Source: Octopus sinensis (taxonomy: Eukaryota). From it: 64,000 nt of DNA. Positions 51,291 to 64,000 of this stretch are shown here, one piece after another. The notes beneath the pieces were generated by a model. The model was not told the origin of the DNA. It saw only the letters and a list, made by a program, of their open reading frames with translations, and ran no database searches. The stretch lies in NCBI RefSeq assembly GCF_006345805.1, contig NC_043014.1:46438001-46502000 (forward strand), in the 5' to 3' direction. Position numbers and translations under genes: made by a program. Each line of letters starts with the position of its first letter. Positions within the stretch are counted from its first letter, which is position 1.

Positions 51291-52083
51291 TACAATGGAA
51301 GTATGTGAATGTATGTGTGAACCAGCATTTTTTCAGTAACAAATGATTATCAGTGTGACATCTCAAAAGACAACCACTAGATAACATTGACAAGTGTAGG
51401 AGTGGCTGTGTGGTAAGTAGCTTGCTCACCAACCACATGGTTCTGGGTTCAGTCCCACTGCGTGGCACCTTGGGCAAGTGTCTTCTATTATAGCTTCGGG
51501 CTGATCAAAGCCTTGTGAGTGGATTTTGTAGATGGAAACTCAAAGAAGCCTGTCGTATATATGTATATATATGTGTGTGTGTATGTGTGTGTGTATATGT
51601 GTGTGTGTCTGTGTTTGTGCCCCCCAAGATCGCTTGACAACCGATGTTGGTGTGTTTACGTTCCTGTAACTTAGCGGTTTGGCAAAAGAGACCGATAGAA
51701 TAAGTACTAGGCTTCAAAGGAATATGTCCTGGGGTTGATCTGCTCGACTAAAGGCGGTGCTCCAGCATGGCCACAGTCAAAAAACTGAAACAGGTAAAAG
51801 AGTAAAGTGTATTAATTTGATTTACCATCCATGTTTAATTATGAAATACAATTAGCCATCGCTTTTGATGGCATGGGGCCAGCTAGTAAAATATAAAGCA
51901 TTAACTTTCACTTCTTTTAGAATTATGGTTCTGAACTTTAGTTGAAATTTCTTTCTCTAGTGTCTGCCTCAAGACATGTGTGTGTACACACACACACACA
52001 TTTCAGTAAGCCTAGTGAAATATTTCTCCGTATTTAAATGTAACTTCTTGAAGAACAAACTTATTTTGTGAGAGAGTCTGTAA

Positions 52084-52479
52084 TCTTTATATATAAAAGA
52101 GAGGTTGTGTGCTGTCTGTCTCCTACGATTTAGATTCCTAACTACTCCCACATTTTGTGGTGCAGTTTAACCAAAAGCGGGTATCTTATAGTCGTGATTC
52201 ATATCGAGCCCTTTTGGGTATTAGCGCGCATCTACGATGAGTCTACGATTTAAAAAAAAATTTACTATCAATTTTTCCCATTTTTAATGCATTTTTGGCA
52301 TATATAAGGGAAGTAACTCTCTAAATATTTATTATTAAATCTCAGAACGTAAAAAGCTACAGTAACACCCCCCCTTTGTGGTTAACCATATTGAGATGGC
52401 TATTATACTTTACATCTCTAAAAATGCTTATATAGTTATTTCCCTTACAAACCCGAGCAACGCCGGGCGATACTGCTAG
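52084..52479 (+). mobile_element. Non-autonomous Helitron (396 bp)
   Basis: A|TCTTTATATATAAAAG ... ACCCGAGCAACGCCGGGCGATACTGCTAG|T, with a subterminal CCCG/CGGG hairpin and CTAG end. Confidence 0.85.
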
Positions 52480-52518
52480 TTGTGTATAAAAATTTGCTCT
52501 CCTTTTTTTTTTTCTCAG

Positions 52519-52666
52519 ATTCTGTATACACTTGTGTTCCTGCTGACGTTACGACAACACATGCGTGAGAAACAGCTGAAGACAGAGACGACTAATGAAG
52601 GTTATGCTCTAGGGCGTCTGGACACCGGTAGCACCTCCATCACCCCTGCTGTCTCTGAGACACTGT
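52519..52666 (+). CDS. PIEZO: Piezo exon, phase 0-1: ILYTLVFLLTLRQHMREKQLKTE...AVSETL
   Basis: poly-T ctcAG acceptor. Matches Piezo1 LYTLTFWLLLRQFVKEK. Donor t|GTAGGT at 52667; a weaker phase-1 alternative g|GTAGCA lies at 52628. Confidence 0.88.
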
Positions 52667-53843
52667 GTAGGTTAAAGGGAAAAAAAAAAAAAAATCTATG
52701 AAAATATCCCATCCTCTCAAACCAGTTTTGAATATTCCTCGCAACCCCACCCCAAAAAAAAAAAAAAAACCGAAAAAAAAAATTAATTTTGAGCCTGGCA
52801 CAGCATCTTTCGTTCTCTCTTTTATGTAGTAGTTTCACTGTTAGTAATATCGTGCATGTGACCGATCACTATCATTTGTACTTAATTTGAATATTTGTTT
52901 TCTATTTGCATACATTAAGTTTCTGTTGTCAATGATCTTCCCTCTTTTTTTTTGCATCACTGTTTCTATCTGTTCAGAATTTAAACATTCTTTTTAGTAG
53001 TCTTTTAATAGTCTCTCTCTCTCTCTCTCTCTCTCTCTTCTTGCACCCTTTCTTCAACTTGAGAGTTTGTTTTTGGCAACAGCATTTCTTAGTCTTGTGC
53101 TGCAACAGGTCTTTAAGCAAATAACTTCATTGCTTGGCAAAAAGAAAATGATTATTTTTGCTCTCTGTTACTGCTTTTTTTTGTATATTTCTGTAGTTCA
53201 TTTAGATTTAGTCTAAGCATTTTATTTTGGCAGTTTTAGCATGATGTTCTAAAGTTATTACTTTCTCATTGCAGCCATTATTTGTTTGTCTGTGTTTATT
53301 GGAATCGTGCTTAAAGCGTTCATTTTTGCGCCTTGTTGCATTGTTTTTGGATAAAACAAAGCAAGTCTTGAGATGTTATTACTGAGTTGATTAAATGGCG
53401 AATTCAAGAAATCCTTATCATTGATTCCAAATTGTGAAATTGCTTCACTTTATCTAATTTTCATGGAAAAAAAAGGCTTCTATTCTACAAATATTCAATC
53501 TAAGCATGCTTTCAAGACACCAGAAAAAAAAAAACATTCTTATTTTGTTGAGAAATGTGATGCTAGGTTATGTTTTGTCAAACTGGTTTTGCAATTTAGT
53601 TCAACTAGTTTATCTACACTGTTTATTGTTCTTGGGAAAGGTACTAACACCACAACTTCCTGTTTCTTTATTTCTTCAGTCACTGGCTTTGTTTCATATT
53701 TTTGTGTAGTTGGTGCCTCCAAAAAAGAAAAAACAAAAACAAAATAACTGTAGTTGCTCCCTAATTTTGGGGATACTTTCTTGCTGAATTGTTATTGTTG
53801 ATCTCATTCATTTACTCTATGGAAATCCCCCGTGGTTGCTTGG

Positions 53844-53906
<63 letters not shown>

Positions 53907-53929
53907 CTTTCAAACAAGGAACATTCAAC

Positions 53930-54510
53930 TGATAGCTACATATTCCGAGAAGACCAATTTACCCAACCCATTCTAACCGCTCTTCCCCACCTTTCTGCAA
54001 ATTTACTGGAAGACAACCCTTCTCCATCCATCCCCTTCGTCTTCGAATGGTCTTCGGAAAAGCTGATGGGAGTTTGATCAAAAGGGAAAGTCTGGTCTTT
54101 AATCCTGTCAATCTTGTCAATTACCCTACATCATCCATCATAGTCACCAGGCAGGGGAAAACCGGTCACCCTCCCTGCTAAAGTGAGGTAGTGGCTGTGA
54201 TCTTCATGAAGGGATTTGCTAACAGCTGGATTTGTGCTGCATATGATATATGATAAATGTTGTTTGACATAAGTCACCGGTTAGGGCACTGAATAAGCGT
54301 GTGGAGGATGGTTTTGTCAGATTTCAAGCATCTCAGATATCCTTCTTTAAAAGTCCTTAAGTACCTGTAGAGTTTATCATGAACTAGCAAAGCCCTTCAG
54401 CAGCACCAACATACTAGCATTACTGGAAAGTTCTGCTACAAAGAAATCTTGGAAGCAGCTCATAGTCCTTGAGTGGCAAGTTCTCTGCAAGAGACCATCC
54501 AGTTGATCTT
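53930..54510 (-). mobile_element. Decayed Tx1/L1-clade LINE C-terminal fragment
   Basis: Minus-strand RCLKSDKTILHTLIQCP (54284-54330, CCHC-like zinc knuckle) and downstream LSSSKFAERW. Many stops. Confidence 0.5.
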
Positions 54511-55628
54511 TGTTGATACCTTATATCTTATACCTTATATCCAATGTAATTTTTAATGCCTTTTATACTGTTATGGGAAAATTCTGAACACCTTTACATG
54601 AATGAAGGTGGACTAGCAGATTACAATAGATAAGAACTATGTGAATTGTCAGTGGAGTAGTTGACAGTGTTCAACTATGCTGGTTAACTGTGTTAGTTCG
54701 GCGTGTGTTGGTTTAACAGTCGGTAGTTGAACCATGAATACTAAATATCGCACCTACATTGAGTAGTATGGAGTGCATTCTGTGTTAACATATATTTCTG
54801 CGATAGGCTATTTTTATATAACCGCAACCAACTCTTTATTTGTGTATTTTATCTTATGTAATTATAATTTATGTAATTTTTTAATGAGTTTTATACTGTT
54901 ATGGGGGAATCCTGAACACCCTCCCTTGACTGAAGGTAGACAAATAAGAACCATTTTGCACCAGGTGTGTATCCCCATGTCATAACACATATAAATACAA
55001 AGATTAACACTACTTAAATGTCTAGAGAGTAAATTAGAAGACCTGTTATTCCTAGCATGTAGATTTCAACAATTTTGTAAAATTGAGAAGACTTTTTATC
55101 CTGTTAGCACCTTCTGATTAGACATGTAAGTATAATGTAGTCTAAACTTGCAGATAAGGATGAGCACCCTTGTAAATAGGTATGAAGTGTATACACATTT
55201 TTTCTTATGTATATCTGTGTGCATGTGTATACATGCACACACATCTCCTTTGACTGATGACTATAATAGCAAAATTAGTCGTTGATTTTGCTAGTAAAAT
55301 ATTCAATGTTGCCTGATGAAATGATGTGGTTATGTGAAAATGTAATGTTGTGTAATATTATGCATATATTAAATAAATGGCCGCTCTATGGGAATGTGTA
55401 GCAAAATTGAGCTGTGTGTATGTGTTTGTGTCCCCCTTGTTTTGTCACACCTGATAGTTGTAAACGAGCGTCATTGTCATACAAATGACACTGTTCATTT
55501 CCAATCTTTCACACGAACATGGAAACATGAAGTTAGGTGACAGGAAGAGCATCCAGACATAGGAAATGTAGCTCAACAGATTTACTCTGACCATGCAGTC
55601 ATAGAAAAGATATTAAAACAGTGATGAT

Positions 55629-55667
<39 letters not shown>

Positions 55668-56110
55668 AAAAAAAAGTCAAGATAGAAAATGCTAAAATAA
55701 TTTTATAAAAAAACATTTCAGTACCGGTTTCAGTCATTGAGACTTTTTCAACTGTAACAATTAAATAATTAAATTTAGAAAAATTAAAAGAAAAGTTTTT
55801 TTAAAAGAATATTTGTGGTGCCCCAGCATGGCCACAGCTCATGAGCTGAAACTAGAATCAATCAATCAATCAATCATAGTGTTCAAATACAAGTGGCATT
55901 TTCCTTGTTTCTACCTGTTTCTGTCTCTCTTGTTTACTCTTGTGGGTTCAAGGTCCTTCTGAATTCTTGGTAGGGAAGAAGAAGAAAAAGGAGAAGAAGA
56001 AGAAGAAGAATTTGGGAGTATTTTGTAAAATAGTAGTATTTTGTAGTATTTTGATAGTAGTATTTTGAATGGTCAGTGGATGGTAGCAGTCCTTGTTCAA
56101 TTCATGATAT

Positions 56111-56175
<65 letters not shown>

Positions 56176-56726
56176 TTTTCTCTTATTCTTATTAGTTGCT
56201 TCAGGTCTTCATATATAATACCTCTATACCAAACCAATTTATAGTTTGGTTGACTGACAGTATGTGAGGCAACACACTTTCTCCCCCCCCCCACTCATCT
56301 CCCCATTCACTTCTTATCCAATGGAAGTACTGAGATTTTGTAGCTAAAAGAAGACTCCCCACCAACTTGGAATTATTACCTTCTGTTCCACCTGAAAGAT
56401 TATTATTTTGTTTCTCTGTGTCTATTCCTTGGCTGTATTCAGTATTCTCTTGTGTAAGCACTTTCCTTGTTTTATATGGTTACAGCAATAATTTTTTTCA
56501 ATGTTTGAAAACAATCATGGGAAATATAAAATGTTTTTTTTTTCCTTTCGGTTAAGGTTCTTATATATTCTTTTTTCTTATCTTCCCAGTTGCCATCTTC
56601 TTTTGGTTTTCAATGAGTTTTACTTTTTTCCAGATATATTATTATTATTCGTTTATACAGATAATATTTAATTTTTGGATTTGGTTTGCAAGATTCTTTA
56701 TATGAGTTCATGTGTTGAAGCATATT

Positions 56727-56963
56727 CTGTTGTGTCTGGGGAGAGTCATTTTCTTTTTGTGCCTTATTATGTAACAAACTCACCGGTAAAATTCCCACTT
56801 TTTTCTTATTTTTATTGTCCTAAAATTTTCAATAGATTGAAAAGGTTGCAAGACGCAACGAAAATTTTAGGACAATAAAAATAAGAAAAAAGTGGAAATT
56901 TTACCGGTGAGTGTGTTACATAATAAGGCACAATAAGAAATTGACTCTCCCCAAACACAACAG
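56727..56963. repeat. Long inverted repeat, ~104-bp arms with 29-bp spacer
   Basis: GTGCCTTATTATGTAAC..CTCACCGGTAAAATT...CCTAAAATTTTC pairs with GAAAATTTTAGG...TTACATAATAAGGCAC. Confidence 0.92.
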
Positions 56964-58404
56964 GTAATATTTAATTAGAGAGAAAAAGACAATTGAAAAG
57001 AGAACACGGGTTAATTATTTGAATCGTTTTGACAAGTATGGTGAATTAATTACTTTGTAGGTTTAATGAGATTAAAACATGTCTCGAGTTGTTTTCCTTA
57101 ATTGCTGAAGCAATTAAAAATATTAGTAATTATGATATATGATCTCCTCTCCCGACTATGTAAATATTTCTAATTAGATTTTTTTTTACTCTGCACTAAA
57201 TAGGTTCACCCTTCAACTCCCCACCCCCTACTTTAACTATTTATCATTTATTTAATTGATTTTTGAGAAATTGTCTTTCAGTGTAGGGCTCTGCACACAA
57301 AAAGAGAATTAAGTTGATTGTTATAGAATACCAAGTAAGTAGTTTTGTTAAAACCCACCCCCTCAAAAAAAAAAGTAAAAAAAAAAAAGCAAAAACAAAA
57401 CAAAACAAATCAATAGCACTCTAACAGTGCTGGTATGGAGGTGCCACCTTGTAGTCTTCTATTTAATTATTTGTTTTATTTTAATTTTGTTTTGTTGATG
57501 TGACTAATCTGATTTTTTTTGTTTTTTGAAGCTAACTTACTTCCACATTTTACCAAATTTTAGTTTGATTTGTTTTTTAAGTGAATTTTATTTTTCTGTT
57601 GTTCACGTTTGGGACTTTAACTATTACAATGTACTAATACTGATCTCTAATTTTGGCACAAGGCCAGCAATTTCAAGGGAGTAGGTAAGTTGATTACATC
57701 GGGGTGTGGCCGAAAGCTTGGGTTTCAGTTTCACTTCTGTATTGGAGCTGCTTATATATTGCTTATTTATTAGTTTGGAGGGAAGGGTAGTGCCTATGAC
57801 CCTTTAGAGAGCCTCCAGGAATAATAGTGGATGGGAGGAAGGATGGAGGAAATTATGGGGTTACTTTAGCATGTGGTCTACCACAGTACCTGGAGTCAAC
57901 ACTGTGAAATGACCTGACCTAGGTTAGGGTTTAAGATTAAGGTTAGAGTTTAGGGTTAATGTTTGAGGGTAAGAGTTAGGTGTTAAGGTTAGAGTTGAGG
58001 TTGAACTGCTTAATTGTAAATGGTCAGGCAGACTGCATTGTAAATTGGTACCGAAGGTATCCCCAAACCAGACGTCCCTGGCATGGATGCTTGTAACTAA
58101 GTGGACATGCAAGGGCCACATGATGTTGCTAAACCCAGGCAAGGGATTAGGTCTACCACCCCAGTAGTTCAGTGCAGGATTTGCACTTAGAATGCAAAGA
58201 TCTGAAGCAGATACCGCAAATCTCAGACTTCTGATGTTTCCAATGACCCACTTTTGTTGAGTGGTACTTTACTGACCTTTCTAAAAGGATGAAAAGCAAG
58301 GATTTGAACACATAACACATAACACAAGGTGCTATAAATACCACAAAGCATTTTGTCTGATTCTTGAATAATTGTGCTAATTCCATGCCAATGGCGGCAA
58401 ATAT

Positions 58405-58576
58405 AGGCGCAGGAGTGGCTGTGTGGTAAGTAGCTTGCTAACCAACCACATGGTTCCGGGTTCAGTCCCACTGCCTGGCATCTTGGGCAAGTGTCTTCTG
58501 CTATAGCCCCGGACCGACCAATGCCTTGTGAGTGGATTTGGTAGACGGAAACTGAAAGAAGCCTGTCGTATATATG

Positions 58577-58609
<33 letters not shown>

Positions 58610-58770
58610 CTGTGTTTACGTCCCCGTCACTTAGCGGTTCGGCAAAAGAGACCGATAGGATAAGTACTGGGCTTACAAAGAATAAGTCCCGGGGTCGATT
58701 TGCTCGACTAAAGGCGGTGCTCCAGCATGGCCGCAGTCAAATGACTGAAACAAGTAAAAGAGAAAGAGTA
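58405..58770 (+). mobile_element. tRNA-derived SINE family A (representative). Other copies: 5221-5580+, 9292-9685+, 15550-15970-, 19855-20365-, 20530-20905-, 23940-24325-, 29475-29665+, 32024-32275+, 32276-32563-, 48950-49355+, 51395-51805+, 61190-61880+
   Basis: A-box-like GTGGCTGTGTGG and B-box GGTTCAGTCCC, internal (TA)n/(TG)n, and a shared 3' tail ending GGCCGCAGTCAAATGACTGAAACAAG. Boundaries approximate. Confidence 0.9.
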
Positions 58771-59063
58771 AATAGCTAATAAAAGCATCACAGTTTGCTT
58801 GAAGCATTGAAGTACAGAAGCTGAAAATGAATGGAAAGAGACAAGGAAACCTTCTAACAATGCAGAAAGATTTAAAAAAAAAACCCATTGTATTTCGAGT
58901 GAATAGGCCTATCTTCAGAAAAATACAGTCAAACAAATGTGTATTTAGAGATACTTTTTTTTAATTTTGGACTGCTACTAATGGCTGATTGGACTGTTAG
59001 CAATAGCTAATTGATAATAGCTAATAATAGCCAATTAACCAGTAAATAGCATATCAAAATGTC

Positions 59064-59467
59064 ATCATCATTGTTCAACCATGGTCGAGACAATGGAATT
59101 TACTATGCTACACCAGATTTCATGGTCCATCATAGCATTACGGAGGTCCTGTTGCTGGATGCCTGTATCCCTGGAGATTACATCAGGGTAGGAGAGTGTG
59201 CGCCCTCTGGTATCGCGAGTAGATGGCTTCCAGAGGAGAAGAGTAGAAATTACCTCGTTTTCAGCTCTACAACAATGTCCAGCAAACTGGACTCTTCTAC
59301 CTTTCACAAGAGATAACACAGGTGGTAGTTTCCCATATATTTGTACTTTGGTTAGATGGCGCTTCCACGAGATATTTTGAGCTCTCATAAGGAGGCGCGT
59401 GTAGGTTCTATCCAACCAGCTCTCAAGCTTCTTTGATAATGTCCAGGTTTCTGAGCCATATAGTAGA
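59064..59467 (-). mobile_element. 5'-truncated RTE-clade LINE with 11-bp TSD
   Basis: ILLYGSETWTL...RRVQFAGHCCR peptide and a (TGA)n tail. Direct repeat ATCAAAATGTC at 59053-59063 and 59468-59478. Confidence 0.9.
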
Positions 59468-60306
59468 ATCAAAATGTCTTCTTATTGTTAAACAGCTAAT
59501 GAACTTACATATCAAAATGTTTCATCATGAAAATAACTGAAGTTTCTAGAGTCTCTGATGTTTCATAGGATTGGTACTAAATTATAGTTTTATGATATTA
59601 TGCCGGTGGCACATAAAAAGCACCATCCGTTCGTGGCCGTTTGCCAGCTCTGTCTGGCACCTGTGCGGGTGGCACGTAAAAAGCACCCACTACACTCACG
59701 GAGTGGTTGGCGTTAGGAAGGGCATCCAGCCGTAGAAACACTGCCAGATTTGACTGGGCCTGATGAAGCCTTCTGGCTTCACAGACCCCAGTAAAACCGT
59801 CCAACCCATGCTAGCATGGAAAACGGACGCTAAACGATGATGATGATGATGATGATGTGAATCAGAAAATAAAGTTTTCTCTGAGGTAGATTGCCAGTTA
59901 TGTTTAAATACGTGAAACTGGATGGGGGTAGCTTAGGGGTAAACATTGGTCAAGAGAAACAGCCGAAAGACTATAGCTTTGTGTTTTGATGTACAACACA
60001 AATATCAACTTTGATATTAGTTGACAAATACATGAAACCATCAAGTATTTAACCTATATATACGAAGTTATATAGCCTTGACCCAAAATCAATATTAAAT
60101 ATTGGTTTCAAATTTTGGCACAAGGCCAGCTATTTTTAAGGGAGCAGGGAGAGTCAATTACATTGATCCCAGAACTCAACTGCTACTTATTTTATTGACC
60201 CCAAAAGGATGAAAGGCAAAGTTAATCTCAGAACATAAAGATTGACAAAATGCTGCCAAGCACTTCGCCCTTCGTGCTAACGATTTTGCTAGCTTGCCAA
60301 CTTAAA

Positions 60307-60580
60307 TCTCTCTCTATATATAAATGGCAAAATGTCTGTCTGTGTGTGTCCTTTATACAAATCCACAATTTTTCAGTTAGAGAGCTTGCACTTTCTATGG
60401 TCATTCAAAACCGTCCAATGGTGGTCGTGCACATCTTTACATTTCCCCAGTCACCCTGCAAAGCCATTAAAAGATCAATAGAAGTGACTTTTTTGTGAAT
60501 TTTCTATCGAAAACCCAATCAAAATGCCCGAAACTTGATATGCCAATTGAATGCCAGCTAGCTGTATGTGATTGGTCGGA
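60307..60580 (+). mobile_element. 5' part of a non-autonomous Helitron
   Basis: A|TCTCTCTCTATATATAAATGGCAAAATGTCTGTCTGTGTG start, like the other two copies. No 3' CTAG hairpin seen. Confidence 0.55.
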
Positions 60581-61583
60581 GTACAGTAAATAACGTTTTA
60601 AATAATTGGTTTTAATTTGTTAATATTAATTATTAATAAGCAGTTTTCTTGGGTTAAGCCAGTAGTTTCCAAAGTGAGTGGCATTGAGCCCCTGCAGGCA
60701 GTGGAAAGTTCCAAGGGGGTGTTGAAGAAAAGTGAGGCGATAATGGGGGAGTGATTCATGCAAAAAGTGGGGGCGATAAAGGGATAGCGAATCACATAGA
60801 AACAACAAAATAATGGGTTTGTTAGGTTAGGTTCTACTTGTGAAATACCGTTGCTTTGAATTTGCTTCAGAAAGAGGTCTAGGTTTGTGATGGTTAGTTG
60901 GGGTGGGTGTCAAGAGGGGCAGGGGGTGGCATCCCCCAAAAGTTTGGGAACCACTGGGTTGAATCATTACTTAAAATATAATAAAACTAATTGCAATGCT
61001 TTAAACCATAACTTAATTACTTAATTAGCTTATGCTTAAATCTGGTTTTGGGTCCTGCTCTTGTTTTTTTTTTTTATATCAAGATGTTTAATATATATAT
61101 ACACTGGTCAGCCCTTAGTTTCACCAGCAATAAGTTTAATTTAACACAAAATATTTTAACATAGGCAGCACAGGTCATGGCTGTGGATAGACACAGGTAT
61201 GGCTGTGTGGTTAAGAAGCTTGCTTTGCAACCACATGGTTTCAGGTTCAGTCCCGCTTTGCAGTACTTTGGACAAGTGTCTTTTACTATAAGCCCTAACC
61301 AACCAATACCCTGTAAATGAATTTGCTTGATGGAAAATATATGAGTTCTTTGTTTGTCTGTTTGTCTCTCTGTCCGTCCATCTGGCTGGCCATCTGTCTG
61401 TCTGGCTATCTCTGTGTCTGGCTATCTCTCTGTCTGTCTGGCTATCTTTCTTTTGTCTGTCTTTCTGTCTGTCTATCTTTCTGTCTGTCTAACTTTCTGT
61501 CTAAATATCTCTCTGTCTGTCTGTCTAGCTAGCTATCTTTCTGTATGTCTGTCTACCTAACTCTCTGTCTGTCTGGCTATCTT

Positions 61584-61622
<39 letters not shown>

Positions 61623-61944
61623 TTCTTTCTGTCTGACTATCTTTCTTTCTCTCTGACTATTTTTCTTTCTGTCTGTCTGTCTATCTTTCTTTCTGTCTAG
61701 CTATCTTTTTGTCTGTCTGTTTGTCTCCCCTCCCACCACTTGACAACCGCATTGATTTGTTTACGTCCTTTGTAACTTAGCAGTTTGGCAAAAGAAACCT
61801 ATAGAATAACTACTGGATTAAAAAAAAAAAAAGAAACAAATATTCAGTGGTGTTGATTTGTTTTGACGAAACCCTTCAGAACAATCAAGTATTGAACCCT
61901 TATCTTTGAAACTTTCCACAAAAACAAAAATGTTAATGTGTGCA

Positions 61945-62198
61945 GGTGTCACGTAAAAAGCACCATTTGAGCGTGGCCGCTGCCAGTACCGCCTGACTAG
62001 CCCTCGTGACGGTGGCACATAAAAGCACCCACTACACTCTCGGAGTGGTTGGCGTTAGGTAGGGCATCCAGCTGTAGAAACTCTGCCAGATCAACACTGG
62101 AGCCTGGTGCAGCCATCTGGTTCGCCGGCCCTCAGTCAAATCGTCCAACCCATGCTAGCATGGAAAGCGGACGTTAAACGATGATGATGATGATGATG
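61945..62198 (+). mobile_element. RTE-like non-autonomous retroposon with (GAT)n tail (representative). Other copies: 2186-2370+, 4975-5190-, 6180-6610-, 13520-13760-, 21905-22215-, 22885-23095-, 26660-27060-, 43770-43990-, 44110-44402+, 59600-59857+
   Basis: Shared GAGTGGTTGGCGTTAGGAAGGGCATCCAGCTGTAGAAAC core and CCCATGCTAGCATGGAAAGCGGACGTTAAACGATGATGATG end. Confidence 0.85.
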
Positions 62199-64000
62199 TT
62201 TGATAAAGCTACAAATGTTTGCTAATGTGCTGATATGCTGATGTTCACCTTCTGGCCCCTGTTCCTCACTCACTCCATCCTGGTATGTATTTGGGATGGC
62301 TATTTAATTAGTTAATTAATTAAGTGAGCAGAACTGGGAACAAAAGCATAAATATTTATGACATGTGTACATACATGATTAATGGAATTGTTTGATCATT
62401 AGTTATTAGTTATCCATCAGTAACTGTTATCATCTTCATTATCATTGTTATCATGAATAGATTTATCGTCAGTGATGAGTATTTTAATTTCGTGGGGAAT
62501 ATGGTGAGAGCTGTGATGCATATTATGCCTTTACAAGCCTTGTTTATTAATTGTTATTAGAAAGTGAATGGAACTACAACCAAGGATTTGAAATCTACTT
62601 ACATCATCGGGAGTTTTTGAATCCCTCTATTTTGCTTGCCTGTCCCCACTCTCCTCAAGAATACAGAATCTTTAACTTCATCATCAATTATAGTGCCCTA
62701 AATCCTGTCTATATCCCCAGAATGTTGATGAGAAGAAAATAATAGTCCAGAAAATAATAGTCAAGGCGGTGAGCTGGCAGAAACGTTAGCACACCGGGCG
62801 AAATACTTAGCGGTATTTCGTCTGTCACTATGTTCTGAGTTCAGATTCCGCCGAGGTCAACTTTGCTTTTCATCCTTTTGGGGTCGATTAAATAACTACC
62901 GGTTATGCACTGGGGCGATATAATCGACTTAATCTGTTTGTCTATCCTTGTTTGTCCCCTCTGTGTTTAGCTCCTTGTGGGTAGTAAAGAAATAGGTATT
63001 ATGTCTGCCGTTATGTTCTGAGTTCAAATTTTGCTGAGGTCGACTTTGCCTTTCATCCTTTCGGGGGTTGATGAATTAACTACCAGTTATGCACTGGGGT
63101 TGATGTAATCGACTCAATCCCTTTGTCTGTACTTGTTTGTCCCTTCTATGTTTAGCCCCTTGTGGGCAATAAAGAAATAAGAAAATGATAGTCCAGTAAG
63201 TGCAGGCATGGTCGTATTGTTAAAGAAGTTTACTTTCCAACCTGGTAGCTTCAGGTTTAACCCTACTACTGGCATTTTGAGCAGTTGTGTTCTGCTGTAA
63301 CCCTTGCCCAACCAAAGCCTTTGTGAGGGGGACTTGACAGAGAGGGAATTAAAAGAAGGCCTGTCATATATGTGTGTGTGTTTGTGCCTCTTTGATTGAT
63401 ATATTTTGTGATTGTTGTAAATGAATGTCACTGTCGTACAAGTGTTATCGTTTGTTTCCAATCTACCACGAAAACTTGACTGGTCTCGGTGAAGTAATAC
63501 CTTGCTTGGAAACAGGTGAGGGTCAGCAAGAAGGACTTCTCGCCATAGAAAATCTGCCTCAACTAATTCTGTCTTGCACATGCAAACATGGAAAAGTGGA
63601 CATTAGAAAACTATGACGGTGATGAACATGGTTACTTATAAAATTCTCTTCTAAGTTGCATATTTATGTATTCCTTTGTCCCTTATTTTTATTGCTGTCC
63701 ATGAAGTAGCATCTGTTCGCCCCCTTCCACTAGATGTGTTGTCATCATCATCATCATAGCATCCACCTTTCCTTGCTCGTGTGGATCAAACGCAATGTGT
63801 TGTGGTAGATTTTCTACAGCCAAGGGCCTTTCCTATCACTAGCTCTCATCCGTTTTCAAGTAAGTTAATATTTCCTCATGTTTTCACGGATGATTGGAAA
63901 AGAACGACACTGCTTGTATGAAGGTGAGACTCTTTTACAATAACATCATGTCAAATCAAGGACACAGTAACAAATACACACACACACACACTTATACATT

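Noticed and set aside
53421-53747. ORF or exon candidate as next Piezo exon (also 62551-62742)
   Set aside because: No Piezo similarity (the expected KYWIxV motif was not found after 52666) and no convincing donor; the next exon is presumably beyond the window or too short to recognise.
58405-58480. tRNA genes suggested by A/B boxes
   Set aside because: These are SINE heads continuing into repeat bodies; no cloverleaf or terminator.

Overview
Eukaryotic, AT-rich, repeat-dense genomic DNA, almost certainly from an octopus (recognisable octopod SINE/retroposon families, abundant (TA)n/(CA)n/(TAA)n microsatellites). The one supportable protein-coding gene is a + strand PIEZO mechanosensitive channel. 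I can splice nine GT-AG exons with consistent phases (12889-13020, 16802-16844, 24640-25071, 27200-27377, 32629-32715, 45032-45067, 47801-48037, 49731-49994, 52519-52666). They encode roughly 520 aa of the N-terminal blade; the start and the rest of the gene appear to lie outside the window. The introns are filled with tRNA-derived SINEs, RTE-like retroposons, truncated LINEs (CR1, RTE, R4/Dong, Tx1), a deleted mariner, piggyBac- and hAT-type MITEs, non-autonomous Helitrons, minisatellites and long inverted repeats. Nearly all other ORFs in the track are artefacts of repeats. I found no convincing wholly new gene system. The best leads are: a set of frame-preserving small exons in a Piezo cytoplasmic loop, inverted-repeat hairpins next to those exons (possible ADAR or splicing substrates), (TAA)n-targeting retroelements, and an unusual fold-back triplication. 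Family names are assigned from memory of motifs, not from database searches.
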